A program made the translations under genes and the position numbers. This document shows positions 1 to 13,432 of a DNA stretch of 64,000 nt, piece after piece. The notes below the pieces were generated by a model. It had not been told where the DNA came from. It did not search any database and saw only the letters and a list, made by a program, of their open reading frames with translations. The stretch comes from Macrostomum lignano (taxonomy: Eukaryota). The DNA lies in the NCBI GenBank assembly GCA_002269645.1, contig NIVC01000421.1, forward strand, positions 372,001 through 436,000, read 5' to 3'. Within the stretch, counting starts at the first letter, position 1. Each line of letters begins with the position of its first letter.

Positions 1-360
1 TGGGGAGATTAGAGGTGAGATTGTGGGTGAGGTGAGATTGAAGTCGAGATTATAGGTGAGATTTTGGGTGGTGTTGAAGGTGAGATTAGAGATGAGATTA
101 GAGGTGAGATTAAAGGTGAGATTGTGAGTCGTTTTGAGAGTGAGATTAAAGTTGAGATTAGAGGTGAGATTGTGAGTGAGGTTTAGGGTGATGTTGAGGG
201 TGAGATTAGAGGTGAGATTGTGGGTGAAATTGAGGGTGAGATTCGATGTGAGATTCGATGTGAGATTAGAGGTAAGATTGTGGGTGAGATATACAGTGAG
301 ATTTAGGGTGAATTCAAAGTTGTGCTTGGAGATAAGACTAGTGAAGCATAGATTTATTTT
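1..360. repeat. Degenerate ~12-bp minisatellite (GAGATTAGAGGT / GAGATTGTGGGT) in an SLC6 intron
   Basis: Direct reading; lies upstream of the acceptor at 490-491. Confidence 0.85.
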
Positions 361-491
361 GCAAGTTAAAAAGTAAATGATTATTTAATGGTCTAGTGAA
401 GGTCATAAACGTAGTTAAATGTTGGCCGAAAAAGTGAATCAATTAAAACAAAAATTCACCTACGAGTAATTATTAACAAAATGCTGAGCAG

Positions 492-3400
492 GAGAACAGC
501 AGCTGGCCCATCCTGACCCACTTCCTGTCAATACTGTTTGCCGGCGCCTGCGTGATCGGCGGCATCACCTGGATTGAGAAGGCCAACATGGTGCTGGTGC
601 CAACCCTGCTGTTGATCATTGTCTTCACCTACTGCTGGTCACTGCTTCGCGACTACAGCGACTATGGAATTCGGTTCCTGTTTACGCCTGATATTGGTGA
701 GTACCTAATAAATTTATTTTTTAATTACCTACGGCTCTGCTCCATAGATGCTTCATAGAGGCCAAAGGCTACAGGCTACAGGATACAGACTACAGGCTAC
801 AGACTACAGGCTACAGACTACAGACTACAGGCTACATACAGGCTACAGACTACAGGCTACAGACTACAGACTACAGGCTACAGACTACAGGCTACAGACT
901 ACAGGCTACAGACTACAGGCTACCAGGCTACAGGCTACAGACTACAGGCTACAGACTACAGACTACAGGCTACATACAGACTACAGACTACCAGACTACA
1001 GGCTACAGACTACAGGCTACCAGGCTACAGGCTACAGACTACAGGCTACAGACTACAGGCTACAGACTACAGGCTACAGACTACAGGCTACATACAGGCT
1101 ACAGACTACAGGCACAGCTCTTTCTAATAATTAAGTGTCTGAACTCTCCAGACAATCCCAGTACATGCTTGTGCATATCAGCAGTAGAAGTTCAAAAGCT
1201 TTAGAATTCTAAATCTCACCACTCCATTCACAAGTTTCAACGAAGGCAGAACTTTTACTTTTTCATTTTCAGACGCGCTTAAAGACACCAGGCTGTGGGT
1301 GGACTCCGCATCGCAGAATGCCTTCGACACGGGTGCTGCGATGGGGCTGATTGTGCCATACGCCACCTATATGACTCGAAAGAATGGCGTTGTGCGCTTC
1401 TCCATGTTCATTCCTACTATGAACAACTTTGTCAGGTGGGACAGGCACTAAGACAGGCACTGAGACAGACACTAGGAAGGACACTGAGACAGGCACTGGG
1501 ACAGACAATGGGACAGGCACTGAGCCAGGCCCTCAGACAGGCACTGAGACAGGCACTGACGCAGACCCTGAGACAGATACTGAGACAGGCACTGAGACAG
1601 ACACTGAGACAGGCACTGAGACAGACACTGAGACAGACACTGAGACAGGCACTGAGACAGACACTGAGACAGGCACTGAGACAGACACTGAGACAGACAC
1701 TGAGACAGGCACTGAGACAGACACTGAGACAGACACTGAGACAGGCATTAAGACAGGCACTGAGACAGACACTGAGACAGACACTGAGACAGGCACTGAG
1801 ACAGACACTGAGACAGACACTGAGACAGGCATTAAGACAGGCACTGAGACAGGCATTAAGACAGGCATACAGACAGCCCTAATTTTACTTTCTGCAGCCT
1901 GCTCTGCGCCCTCACAATATTCTCAACGGTGTTCTCAACGCTGATCCAGACTCAGAGCACGCTGTCCCGCACTGGAATTGTGGAGATCATCAAACAGTCG
2001 GGTCCAGCCTCCACCGGCCTGACCTTCATCTGGATTCCCGTCTTATTCGGTCAGTTCGACGTTTTTGGCAGCATCCTGTGCGTTTTGTTCTTCCTCTGCT
2101 TGAGCTTCGCTGGAGTGAGCTCGCTGATTGCTAATATTGAGCTGACTTCGCTCACCCTGCAGGACTTTGGCAGTGAGTCTCCGCTGGTTCTGTTGCTTGA
2201 AGAATTGATAAATAGAGGAGAAAGAGGGAGAGAGAGAAAGATAGAGAGGTAGAGAGAGAGAAGAGAGGTCAAAATATTATTTTAGAAAATAGGCTACCGG
2301 TTTCAAGCCTCTGGGCTCTTCGTTAGGCCAAAAATGGAGAGAGAGAGAGAGAGAGAGAGAAAGAGGAGAGAAAGGGGAGAGAAAGGGGGAGGGAAAGGGG
2401 GAGAGAAAGGGGGAGAGAAAGGGAGAGAGCAATGGAGAGAGAAAGGGGAGAGAAAGGGAGAGAGAAATGGAGAGAGAAATGGAGAGAGAAAGGGGGAGAG
2501 AAAGGGGAGAGAAATGGAGAGAGAAAGGGGAGAGAAAGGGGAGAGAAAGGGGAGAGAAAGGGGAGAGAAAGGGGGAGAGAAAGGGGAGAGAAAGGGGAGA
2601 GAAAGGGGGAGAGAAAGGGGGGAGAAAGGGGAGAGAAAGGGGGAGAGAAAGGGGAGAGAAAGGGGAGAGAAAGGGGAGAGAAAAGGGAGAGAAAGGGAGA
2701 GAGAAAGGGGAGAGAAAAGGGAGAGAAAGGGAGGAGAAAGGGGAGAGAAAGGGGGAGAGAAAGGGGGAGAAAGGGGAGAGAAAGGGGGAGAGAAAGGGGA
2801 GAGAAAGGGGGAGAGAAAGGGGGAGAGAAAGGGGAGAGAAAGGGGGAGAGAAAGGGGAGAGAAAGGGGAGAGAAAGGGGAGAGAAAAGGGAGAGAAAGGG
2901 AGAGAGAGAAAGGGAGAGAGAAAGGGGAGAGAAAGGGGGAGAGAAGAGAAGGGGAGAGAGAGAAATGGAGAGAGAAAGGGGAGAGAAAGGGAGAGAGAAA
3001 GGGGAGAGAAAGGGGGAGATAATTATCATCCATAACTTTTACTCTTTACAGTTCCAAGAAAGTTCGGCACCCCAATCGTGATTGGTGTGACATTTTTAAT
3101 TGGTTTGCCGTCCGCTATTAGTGTGACAATTCTAAGAAATCAGGTCAGTTCAATCGGACTCAAGAGTATACGAAGTACTTTTCCTAAAATACTTTCCTTA
3201 ACAAACTTAATTGATGATTACAAATAATTGAAACATTTTAGGATTTTGTATGGGGCTTTGCTCTGATGATTTCTGGGATAATGTTTCAACTGCTGGTGAT
3301 CAAGTACGGCGTTCGGGCCTTTCAAAATGAGGTCGTTAATAACTATGGCACTAACGATTGGCCGCTAACCATTGTCACTATGATTATTATTGTGTAAGTT

Positions 3401-6221
3401 CCTATGTCTGCTAACAGGTGGTTTTGGCCCTTTAAACGCGGATAAAAGATGTGGAAATTTACATGAGGGTGAGAGAGGCAAGCGAGAAGAAATGTATATG
3501 GGAGAGGGAGGGAAGGAGAGAAGAGATGTACATAGGGAAGAAATGAAAAGAGAGAAGAAATGCACATGGGGGAGAGAGGTAAAGAGAGAAGAGATGTACA
3601 TGGGGGAGAGAGGTAAAGAGAGAAGAAATGCACATGGGGGAGAGAGGGAAAGAGAGAAGAGATGTACATGGGGGAGAGAGGGAAAGAGAGAAGAAATGCA
3701 CATGGGGGGGGGAGAGGGAAAGAGAGAAGAAATGTACATGGGGGAGAGAGGGAAAGAGAGAAGAGATGTACATGGGGGAGAGATGGAAAGAGAGAAGAAA
3801 TGCACATGGGGGAGAGAGGTAAAGAGAGAAGAAATGTTCACTGGGGGAGAGAAGGAAAGAGATAAAAAATGCATATAGGGAGAAAGAGGGAGAGAAAGAA
3901 GAATTGTACATGGGGGGAGAGGGAGAGAGAAAGAAGTGTAAATGGGGGAGAGGAGAGGGGGACAGAAAGAAGAAATGTATATGGGGGTTGGAGAGCGGGA
4001 GCGAGAGACAAGATTTACACCAAAGGGAAGAGAGGGAAGAGCAGTGAGAGAAGGGATGTACGAAGTTAAGAGGGGCAGAGGAGGGAGAAAAGTGTACGCA
4101 AAGTAAAAGACAAATCATGTACAAGAGGCAAAACTATAGAGAAAATTTCTCCTCTGCCGCAGAGTTGTCGCTCCCATCGAGGCAATCGGCCTGCTGGTTT
4201 GGTGGGGCTACGAAATCATTTCTTCGACTTCCGATGCGCCATCGGGGGAGCGCTGGTTCGACTACGGCGTAGAAACTTTTATGACTGTCATCACTGAGGT
4301 AATTAACTTTGATATTGTTTTTTGTTGATGTTCGCTTCTATGCGCTTCTGTCGAATTAAGTATTTCTGTATTCCCTGTCTATCTTCGTTTTTGGATTCCC
4401 CGATCTTATCTTGGTCTTGGGACTCGTCTTTGCTTGGTTTTGAGATTCCCCTGTCTTTTCTTGGTTTTGGGATTTTCCTGTCTTATTTTGGTTTTAGGAT
4501 TCCCCAATCTTATCTTGGTTTAAGGATTCCCCTGTCTATCTTGGTTTAGGGATTCTCCTGTCTTATCTTGATTTTGGGATTCCCTGTCTATCTTGGTTTT
4601 GGGATTCCCAGTCTTATCTTGGTTTTGGGATTTTCCTGTCTTATTTTGGTTTTAGGATTCCCCTATCTTATCTTGGTTTAAGGATTTCCCTGTCTATCTT
4701 GGTTTAGGGATTCTCCTGTCTTATCTTGATTTTGGGATTCCCTGTCTATCTTGGTTTTGGGATTCCCTGTCTTATCTTGGTTTAGGGATTTTCCTGTCTT
4801 ATCTTGGTTTTGGGATTCTCCTGTCTTATCTTGATTTTGGGATTCCCTGTCTATCTTGGTTTTGGGATTCCCTGTCTTATCTTGGTTTAGGGATTCCCCT
4901 GTCTTATCTTGGTTTTGGGATTCTCCTGTCTTATCTTGATTTTGGGATTCCCTGTCTATCTTGGTTTTGGGATTCTCTGTCTTATCTTGGTTTTGGGATT
5001 CCCCTATCTTACCTTGGTTTAAGGATTCCCCTGTCCATCTTGGTTTAGGGATTCCCCTGTCTTATCTTGGTTTTGGGATTCTCCTGTCTATCTTGGTTTA
5101 GGGATTCCCCTGTCTTATCTTGGTTTTGGGATTCTCCTGTCTTATCTTGATTTTGGAATTCCCTGTCTATCTTGGTTTTGGGATTCCCTGTCTTATCTTG
5201 GTTTAGGGATTCCCCTGTCTTATCTTGGTTTTGGGATTCTCCTGTCTTATCTTGATTTTGGGATTCCCTGTCTATCTTGGTTTTGGGATTCTCCTGTCTT
5301 ATCTTGGTTTTGGGATTCCCCTATCTTGGTTTAATCTTAAGGGATTCCCTGTCCATCTTGGTTTAGGGATTCCCCTGTCTTATCTTGGTTTTGGGATTCT
5401 CCTTGTCTATCTTGGTTTAGGGATTCCCCTGTCTTATCTTGGTTTTGGGATTCTCCTGTCTTATCTGTCTTATCTTGATTTTGTCTTATCTTGAATTCCC
5501 TGTCTATCTTGGTTTTGGGATTCCCTGTCTTATCTTGATTATGGGATTCCCCTGTCTTATCTTGGTTTTGGGATTCCCTGTCTTATCTTGATTTTGGGAT
5601 TCCCCTGTCTTATCTTTGTTTTGGGATTCCCCTGTCTTATCTTGATTTTGGGATTCCCTGTCTATCTTGGTTTTGGGATTCCCCTATCTTATCTTGGTTT
5701 TGGGATTCCTCTATCTTATCTTGGTTTTGGGATTCCTCTATCTTATCTTGGTTTTTGGATTCCCCTATCTTATCTTGGTTTTGGGATTTCCGTGTCTTAT
5801 GTTGGAGTTTAGATTTCCCTGTCCTATTTTGTCCGATTTTCATGTTAAATCTTGTTTCTTGGATTCCCACGGGTTTGCGGATTTCCCAAACAGTCAACAA
5901 TTAGAATTCCCCTATCTACGAGCACACGTAAGTCGTTGCAGCTAAGATTTCTTATTCGTTTAAAGTTTTGTTTAAATCCAATATTGAATTCATTTGATTG
6001 AAATTTTCAATCCCGCTCAGTGGCTCACACTGCTCATCCTGCTCCTATTCGTGAACGTGCTCGTGTACTACATGAGGCCGGCATTCATGCAGGCTGACAA
6101 CAAAGTGCAGCAGATTGACGAGTCTGAGAATGATGGCGCCTTCGAGATGAAGCATCCCGGCTTGTACACCAGAGAGGGGGCCAATGGACAGGACAATGTG
6201 GCCTATGCCAACGATAAGTAG
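492..6221 (+). CDS. SLC6/NSS sodium-dependent transporter, prokaryote-like subfamily, 5'-partial (earlier exons lie outside the window)
   Basis: Exons joined in frame via GT-AG: 492-696, 1273-1435, 1898-2172, 3052-3143, 3242-3393, 4163-4298, 6021-6221. The translation has the SLC6 TM6-like motif LWVDSASQNAFDTGAAMGLIVPYATY, the TM8-like GLTFIWIP...LFFLCLSFAGVSSLIANIE, and NQDFVWG. Confidence 0.9.
766..1112. repeat. 7-bp minisatellite ACAGGCT/ACAGACT
   Basis: Fills intron 697-1272; source of spurious ORF 748-1134. Confidence 0.95.
1440..1875. repeat. 12-bp minisatellite ACTGAGACAGRC
   Basis: Starts immediately after the donor at 1436 and stops about 20 nt before the acceptor. Confidence 0.95.
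2330..3020. repeat. Near-pure polypurine array (GGGGAGAGAAA)n
   Basis: Fills intron 2173-3051. Confidence 0.95.
3465..4130. repeat. ~35-bp purine-rich minisatellite (GTACATGGGGGAGAGAGGGAAAGAGAGAAGAAAT-like), degenerating rightwards
   Basis: Intron 3394-4162. Confidence 0.9.
4370..5800. repeat. ~26-27-bp minisatellite TCTTGGTTTTGGGATTCCCCTGTCTTA
   Basis: Intron 4299-6020. Confidence 0.95.
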
Positions 6222-9200
6222 ACTGCGCATATTATAAAAGCGGCCGCTACTACTGATGGTAGTACTTAGTAGTAGGTAGAGCTCTTTTTCTAATGCGGTT
6301 AGAAATTAATGCGGTTACAAGAATTTACGTTAACTATTACACTTGATGAGAAGCGCAATTTTAGGTCAATCTAGTTCGAATATTTCCAACAATTCAATTG
6401 AGTTGAAGTTCCAGGTAAAGATGGACTTTTCTATGAGCGTTAGCAGTCCATAATTGGACTCTGGCGCATCTCTATAAAGGGTTTAAAATATGTAAAGTAT
6501 GGCTATTTACTTTATTGCCCAGTGCAACATGGTTCTATAATTATTGTATGCATATTTTATCACCTCACAAACAATAAACAGTTATTTACATGCAGCCACA
6601 CAGTGCTGCACATATTAGCTACGGCTAACACTACTACTGTATGCATAGCCAGTACTTTGTAAGTTGTGATTGTTTTTTTAAGTACGAGATAATTATTTCT
6701 TAAAATGTACATGTATACATGTACACTAAATCATTTTAAATACATGTTTATACATGTACCTTTCATATAACCTTCGTAATGAGGCAGGCCCTATTTTGAA
6801 TTACCGTTTAAATTGATGATATTTTGTTAGAATGAACACCTTTTTTTATTGTGCGCGTTGTTTTATTGGCCTAACCGGCCGCGTAATCCCAATTCCCACC
6901 TACGCTCTCGATCCGACTATATAAAAAATATAACGGTAGTTTCTCCCAAAATTAAATCATTCTTTCTTCTTTCTTTTGTCCAACCCTTCCTCTCGTAGTA
7001 ATTTGGTCCATTTGTTGCAACTGATCAGTTCAATCATATAGAAAAAAGAAAAACCTTACTGTTGGATGCATAGTTGCGGTGCATACTTGGATGTAGCTAC
7101 CGCTGGGTAAACTACATGCTACTAGCTTTTTTTGATTAGTTAATTAAGTATTGATACAGTACAGTGTAATAAAGAATTAATATAATAATTAAGCGTTCTC
7201 CAATTTTGAATCTTGAATAAATTTTGAATAGTTCAAGTCGAATCCATGCAATACCCTGCGCTGTGGTTGACAGTACTTAAACAATTAGTGTAATCGACCG
7301 ACCTATACAGCACAATAAAAACAATTGCATATATGCACACACGGTACGTCGCGGCAACTTTCACGGTGTGATACTACAACATACATGTACGACAGCATAG
7401 TTTCCCGAAAAGTGCATGTAGAAATCATTGTTGAAAAATAATGTACGTGGCAAAAAACACACCCAGGTAATTTAATCTTATTATTCTTCGGTGCTAAAGC
7501 TACACTCGCCATTATTTATCGTCCCGTGACGATCAATTGGATTCATGTACATGACGTCATGTACTACCGGGCGTCCAAACTCTATCGAATATATAGCGTC
7601 GAGATTTGCGCACAATTTTAGATGCACAAAGGTAAAGCTGGACAATTGAGGTTTGCATGTCGAGTTAATGCTAGCCGCGTGTGACCGATCCATGCAGCGA
7701 CTCCCTAACGGCGATAGTACTTCGATCTTCGATCCATGTTTCTCTAGGAAGAAATAACCAAGATAAGCTTTTTCAGCAGAAGTTTTCTTAAAGCTAAAAA
7801 GCATATTAAAGAAAATTGGACTTCTCAGAATGTTAAAGAGCATATTTTTCCGCCCAGATGGGGTGTTTATACAATAAACTGGTTGACTGTAATTAGCTGG
7901 CGTAAGTTTAAACAAAATTAAACAATTAAAACAAACGTGCATGGTGTTAAAACAAAAAAATTAGAAAATGACTGTTAGCTTTTTGCTAGTTGTAGTACAG
8001 AAGTAGTATCGTGCGCTAATTTTATGGCCTAATAGCATTTGAAAAAAGCAGCTATAACTGTATGTACAATTGATGTAAATCAATAATTTATATATATAAT
8101 TGATTGCTATAGGCCCAACATTAATATGTACAAAGTTTAAGTGTTTGATAAAATATTTTTTGATGCAGTGATGATGCAGAAACATTCGCTGCACCACACC
8201 AGTTATAACTGTCGCTTAATACAAGTCTAGAACTCATGATGATAATAACTGCAGAAGGTTTATGGATATACGTACAGATGTTAAATACTAACATCGATTT
8301 TGGAATTTCCATGTTGGAATAGGTAATTTAAAGGTTAAATAGTAAAACTTAAATTTGTTTAAATAGTCACGGATTTCAAAAAACATCATTTTCTGGAAAG
8401 AATGTCACAGAACCGAAAACGATCAACAAAACTGTAAAGAAATGATAGGGACCTAGACTCCCCTAGAGTTTATTAGACATGAAGATTTATGTTTTGCTTT
8501 GTAAATGAGTTTTTATATTTATCTGAATTCGAATTTGTCCTATTGTATATGTTAGTTCAAATCTATTGCACAAACAGCATCATCATTCTGTTTTGTAAAT
8601 TTTTGAAGGCCCTATGCCAATTATTGCAATATTGGCAGTGTATATGTGACGTATGTCATATAAAAAAATTTAATGTAACTGGGATTTTTTGTTTGAATTT
8701 CATTATTCTATCCCACAATTTTCAATAAAGTTGCATTATAAGATTATTATTTTAATAACTTGATAACTTAATAGGCCTACCAAGAGGCATGCCTCCCTCG
8801 GCTACTACAGCCAAAAAAATTTGGCCACCCAATACTTTTTTTGGCCTGCAACTATGTATCTATGCCAGGTCTATTTTCAAATATTGAGTTGTAGCCTCAC
8901 TCTCAAATCTTAGTGTTTAGTGCTTAGTGTAACTTGCCCCCTATAAAAACAAAAGTTTCTAGATCTATGCCTACATTCACTAATAAAGTAGCCTAACAAG
9001 ATTAACTATTAAGCCTATTAAGTATTAATCACCTAGCCTAATAGCTATTACTAATATTATTAATTTATTATAATATAGGCTTACACACTGTAAATGGAAT
9101 ATATATTAATGTGGGGGCAGAGAAAAGAAAATAAAAATTTGGGAATAAAAAATTAAATTTACCTATTAGCGTTCTTTGGGTTTCTTCAAAACCAGTTGGC

Positions 9201-11225
9201 ATTGCATTTGCACAAATAAGTCTGGAAATTGTGCAGACAAATTACAACAAATCCTTTCTCCTGTTTTATTCCAACTGCTAGGTTCTTAAGTCCAAGAGGA
9301 GGGTAGTTGTAATCGTAGCTGAGCAGTCATTATTGGCACAATCATTCAAATGGTAGACACTGGAGATTTTGGTACTATAAAATTAATGGGTCAATTTGTT
9401 GAGCTTGTTACTTTCAGTAGGATAGAATTGCCACCACCATAATTTATATATTATGGAATGCTTAAGTCTCAGAACTTTCTTCAAGTTGAGGACTTTGGTT
9501 GTTTTATGCCCCGTAGGCAAATGACTCAAGATAGGCTATGGGCTCAATTAATCAGTCAAATAAAAATCAGGTTGTAATTGTTGGCTATTTTATTATTACT
9601 ATTATTTATGTTTTAGCAGATGGTATGGTTAATTATTTGAATGGTTAAGACAATTGAAATGATAATGGGATTGAACAGGACACAGTGCGCTGACAATAAA
9701 GATGGGCACCTTAAATGCGTTTAGTAAATTAATTCAAACGAGCTCATAATTTTACTTAACTTGAAATAAAAAAGAGCCTATCAAACACAATTGAATTAGA
9801 AAAGACAACAGTGTAGACACAAAAGTAAGAGAGGAAGGGGAGAGAGGGGGTTGAAGTTAACACGCATAGGGCATCACTTATATAATACCAAAACAATTCC
9901 ATAATGGGGTGGAGGCTTTCACTGATGGCTAGTCAGAGGGGTAGACAAACCAAAGGGCAACAGGAAGGGCAAAATGCATTACACAGAAATGAGTGACAAA
10001 AATAATAGAACCAAAAGATGGGGAAAATTAAATCAACAGCAGGACAAACAAGAGGGACAACATGGGGACAGGCTGGGGCAACTAAAGGAAAAATGACTCA
10101 AGACATAATTGTTGGAAAGAATGTTAAAACAAGCCAAGAGTTAGGCACATAATTAAATTGCTAAAATTAACAGTACACAAGTACTTTATGAGAAAAAATA
10201 GGAGGTTAAATGTAGCAACCCCATTGCCACAATATCATTAATTAAAAAATAATATATAACCTACATTCAACTCAAAAAGGTGTAGGGAGGCCTATATCCT
10301 ACGGTATTACTTCATATATATATTAAGTACATAGAACAAAAAAATGGATCAAGAAAAGTAGACCTATGCAAAACAAAAGTTTTTTTGGATTTAAATGTAC
10401 CAATGATAACAATGATAATTTAATAGTTTAAAGTAGTGTTCCACCATAAGGTGGGTCTATATGCTGTAGCCATAAGCAAAACTAGGCCTATGGCTTCTTT
10501 TAATTCTCCATATTCTGTAGCCATATGTATCCTAATATTACCATATTCCCATAATTCCTATAGCTGTAGCCATAGCCCATAGTTTTATAAAAAAAGTCTA
10601 AGAAATAAAGTGGTTTGAATCAGGAGCTGGTCTTTTTTGCCTGAGACAAGGTACAAAATTGCACCCTATACTCTATAGTATGCCTAATTTCAAGGTGCAA
10701 TTTTTAGGCTCAGAGTGCAATTTCTCTTCTTTCTTATGCTAGGGGCCTAAAGCAATGCAAATAAGGCTTAAAAGAAAAAAGTTATGAGACCACATCTAAA
10801 CTGCACCCACTTTTTCAATTTCAGGGTGCAAGATTTCAAAATTTAAGGTGCATATGCATACTCTGTGCACAAAAAAACCTAGATTAGGAGGATAACTTGG
10901 TACTTAAACAATTACAAATAAAATTAAAAACTTAAACTAACACCCAATTGCCTTTTGTAAGATTGTATTTCAATCAATCTATCTATTACTGAAAATATTA
11001 CTACTGAACTTTTTAACATTAATAGTAAATAAGAATTTGCTATGTTTTTATTATAGTATATTAAGTATAATTTTTAAGTTTTTGAATCTATGACTATAAT
11101 ATAGTAGTTTATAGTAAATATCTTTATTGTTTTTTTTCCTTGTGATATTTGATAATTTTTTAAATTTATAACTATGGCTATGGGAATCTATGGAATGTGA
11201 CTACAATTACTATATTTCTATAGTT

Positions 11226-12010
11226 GGCTCATTCCATATAAGCACGGTCGTAACATGACAGGCTATTTTTACTTATAAAATGAAATCTAATAATAGAATA
11301 TACTAAACTAATATTTTAAATGAAAGATTATTTTGTCTAGAATATATTTATAGAGTTTCATATAGATATCATAATTAGTATAGATGCTATTAAACCTTAA
11401 ATGACACTTATGGTCGTAACGACAGGATTTTTGACATATAGAAACTAAAAGGTAAAAGTCTTATAACATTTTTCATTTTTGATATTTTGCGATGCATTTT
11501 TAAAATTTGACTAAGAACATCTTTAGAAATCATACTCTTTTATTAGAATATATAAACTCAAAAGGCAACAAAGATACAAAAGAAAAGGCAGCCTTATGGT
11601 CGTAACATTATGGTCGTAACATATTTTTTTCTGTCAATTCAGTAACTTTGAGGTACTAATACATAATAAATATAATAAATTATTTGGTCACCAATGCTTT
11701 TATCTAATGATGCAAGTACTATACTTTTATCTATTGGTTGTTTCAACCTTCAAAAGCTTTCTATTTGTTTTTAAAAGGTACAAAATCTTAATGATGTCTT
11801 TTGCTTCAAAAAATGTCCAAATTTTTATAAAAATGACTTTTTGCCAATTGATAACATACTAATCCAACATTTTACCATTCCTTTATTCTTAGATTGTATA
11901 TATTGCACATAAAAAACATTTGGTAAAAAAATAGACTAATAAGGCAATGGCAAGCAAAAATATTGATTTTTTCTATTTTCCAAATATGTCCATCTTATAT
12001 GGAATGAGCC
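11226..12010. mobile_element. 785-bp non-autonomous TIR element with a 4-bp TSD (AGTT), superfamily unassigned
   Basis: Perfect 17-bp TIR GGCTCATTCCATATAAG / CTTATATGGAATGAGCC, AGTT on both sides, and internal repeated (T/C)GGTCGTAAC motifs. Confidence 0.8.
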
Positions 12011-12116
12011 AGTTGTAGCTATAAGAGAAGCTATCTACTGTAAGCATATCCATAGCTGCTATAGGCATCTATTTTACTATATTTGCCATAGGATCCTATA
12101 GCTATAGCTAAAACTA

Positions 12117-13432
12117 CAAGGGTTGTTTGGAAAGTCCGCGATCAAACATGTCTAATAGTTTAATGGATTGCTACTCTTCCTGCTTCTCAACGTAGGCACC
12201 CTTGAGGCTTATGCACTTTTGCCACCTCTCAGGCAACTTCTCAATGCCAGCAGCATAGAAATTGGCAGGTGACCCCCTGACCCACTAGCTGATGGCTGAT
12301 GCCAAGGTCTGTAAAAAGCTGTACTGGCAACCTTGGAGGGTTTTTTTATCTCTCTGAATAGCCAGAAGTCACTGGGTGCGAGGTCCAGCGAGTAGGGTAG
12401 GTGTGGCAGCACCTCAAAGCCCAGGTCCAAAATGGCAGCCATTGTTGCCTGGCTGGTATGCAGCCTGGCATTGTCATGCTGAAGCAGGATGCCACGGCTA
12501 AGTTTGCCACGCTGCTGGGCTTTGATGGCTTCATGCAACTTTTGCAAGACTTGGATGTAGTACTCACTGTTTATTGTGGCACCACAAGGAAGCCATTCGA
12601 TGAGCAGAATACCCTCCTTGTCCCAGAAGACAGTGGCCATTTGCTTGCCAGCTGAAGGTACTGTCAGGGCCTTGACAAGTGTGGGCTCATGGCTGGCCTT
12701 CTACACACTGCTCTGCATCTTGGACTCTGGCTCACTATAATGAAACCAGGATTCATCCCCAGTCACAATCCAGTCCAAAAAGTTGGGATCACTGTGATAT
12801 GACTGGAGGAGCTACTGACACACCTGGACCTACTCTCGCTACTGCTGGTCAGTCAGAAATTTTGGGACCCAACAAGCAACAATGCGTGACATACCAAGCT
12901 CAACTGTCAGGATTGAATGAATGGCCATTGATGAGATGCCAATAATGGTTGACAACTCTAGCATTGTAGCTCAGCGGTCAACATCTAGAGCACAACACAC
13001 AAGCTCAATGTTTGACCTGTTGACCATGGTGGCAGGCTGGCCACTCCATGGAAGGTCATCGACTGTCTCCCAGCCATCTTCAAAATGCTGCACCCACTTG
13101 TTGACCATTGTTTTTGATGGTGCACATTCGCCATACATTGCTTGCAACTTGCAAAGAATTTCTGCCTGTCGCTTTCCTTGTTTTCACAAAACCAAATGAC
13201 ACTTTGTGACATATAGTGATACTTTGCTTTGCTTCTTCATTATTCAGCATAGTGATGGAAATCATGTGTGACTAAAAACACTGTAAGAAGGAAATTCCTG
13301 GCTCAAACAAGACCACTCTTGATTTAAATCACTCAGGATATGATATTTGTCTATGGTATAAAGTTTCAAGACAAAGTAGTGACTCAAAAAAAGATATGCA
13401 TGTTTGATTGCGGACTTTCCTAACAACCCTTG
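12117..13432 (-). mobile_element. Full-length (1316 bp) but decayed mariner element
   Basis: TA TSDs at 12115-16 and 13433-34. ~34-bp TIR CAAGGGTTGTTWGGAAAGTCCGCRATCAAACATG. Transposase remnant ATVFWDKEG...LLQHDNARLH...LPHLPYSLDLAPSDFWLF, with stops and frameshifts. Confidence 0.95.

Noticed and set aside
748-5945. Multiple low-complexity ORFs (TDYRLQ, TETG, ERKG, LGFGIPLSY)
   Set aside because: They are intronic minisatellites of the SLC6 gene.
7303-9500. Short ORFs in AT-rich DNA (7303-7942, 7961-8728, ~9170-9480)
   Set aside because: No recognisable domains, frequent stops and no supported splice structure.
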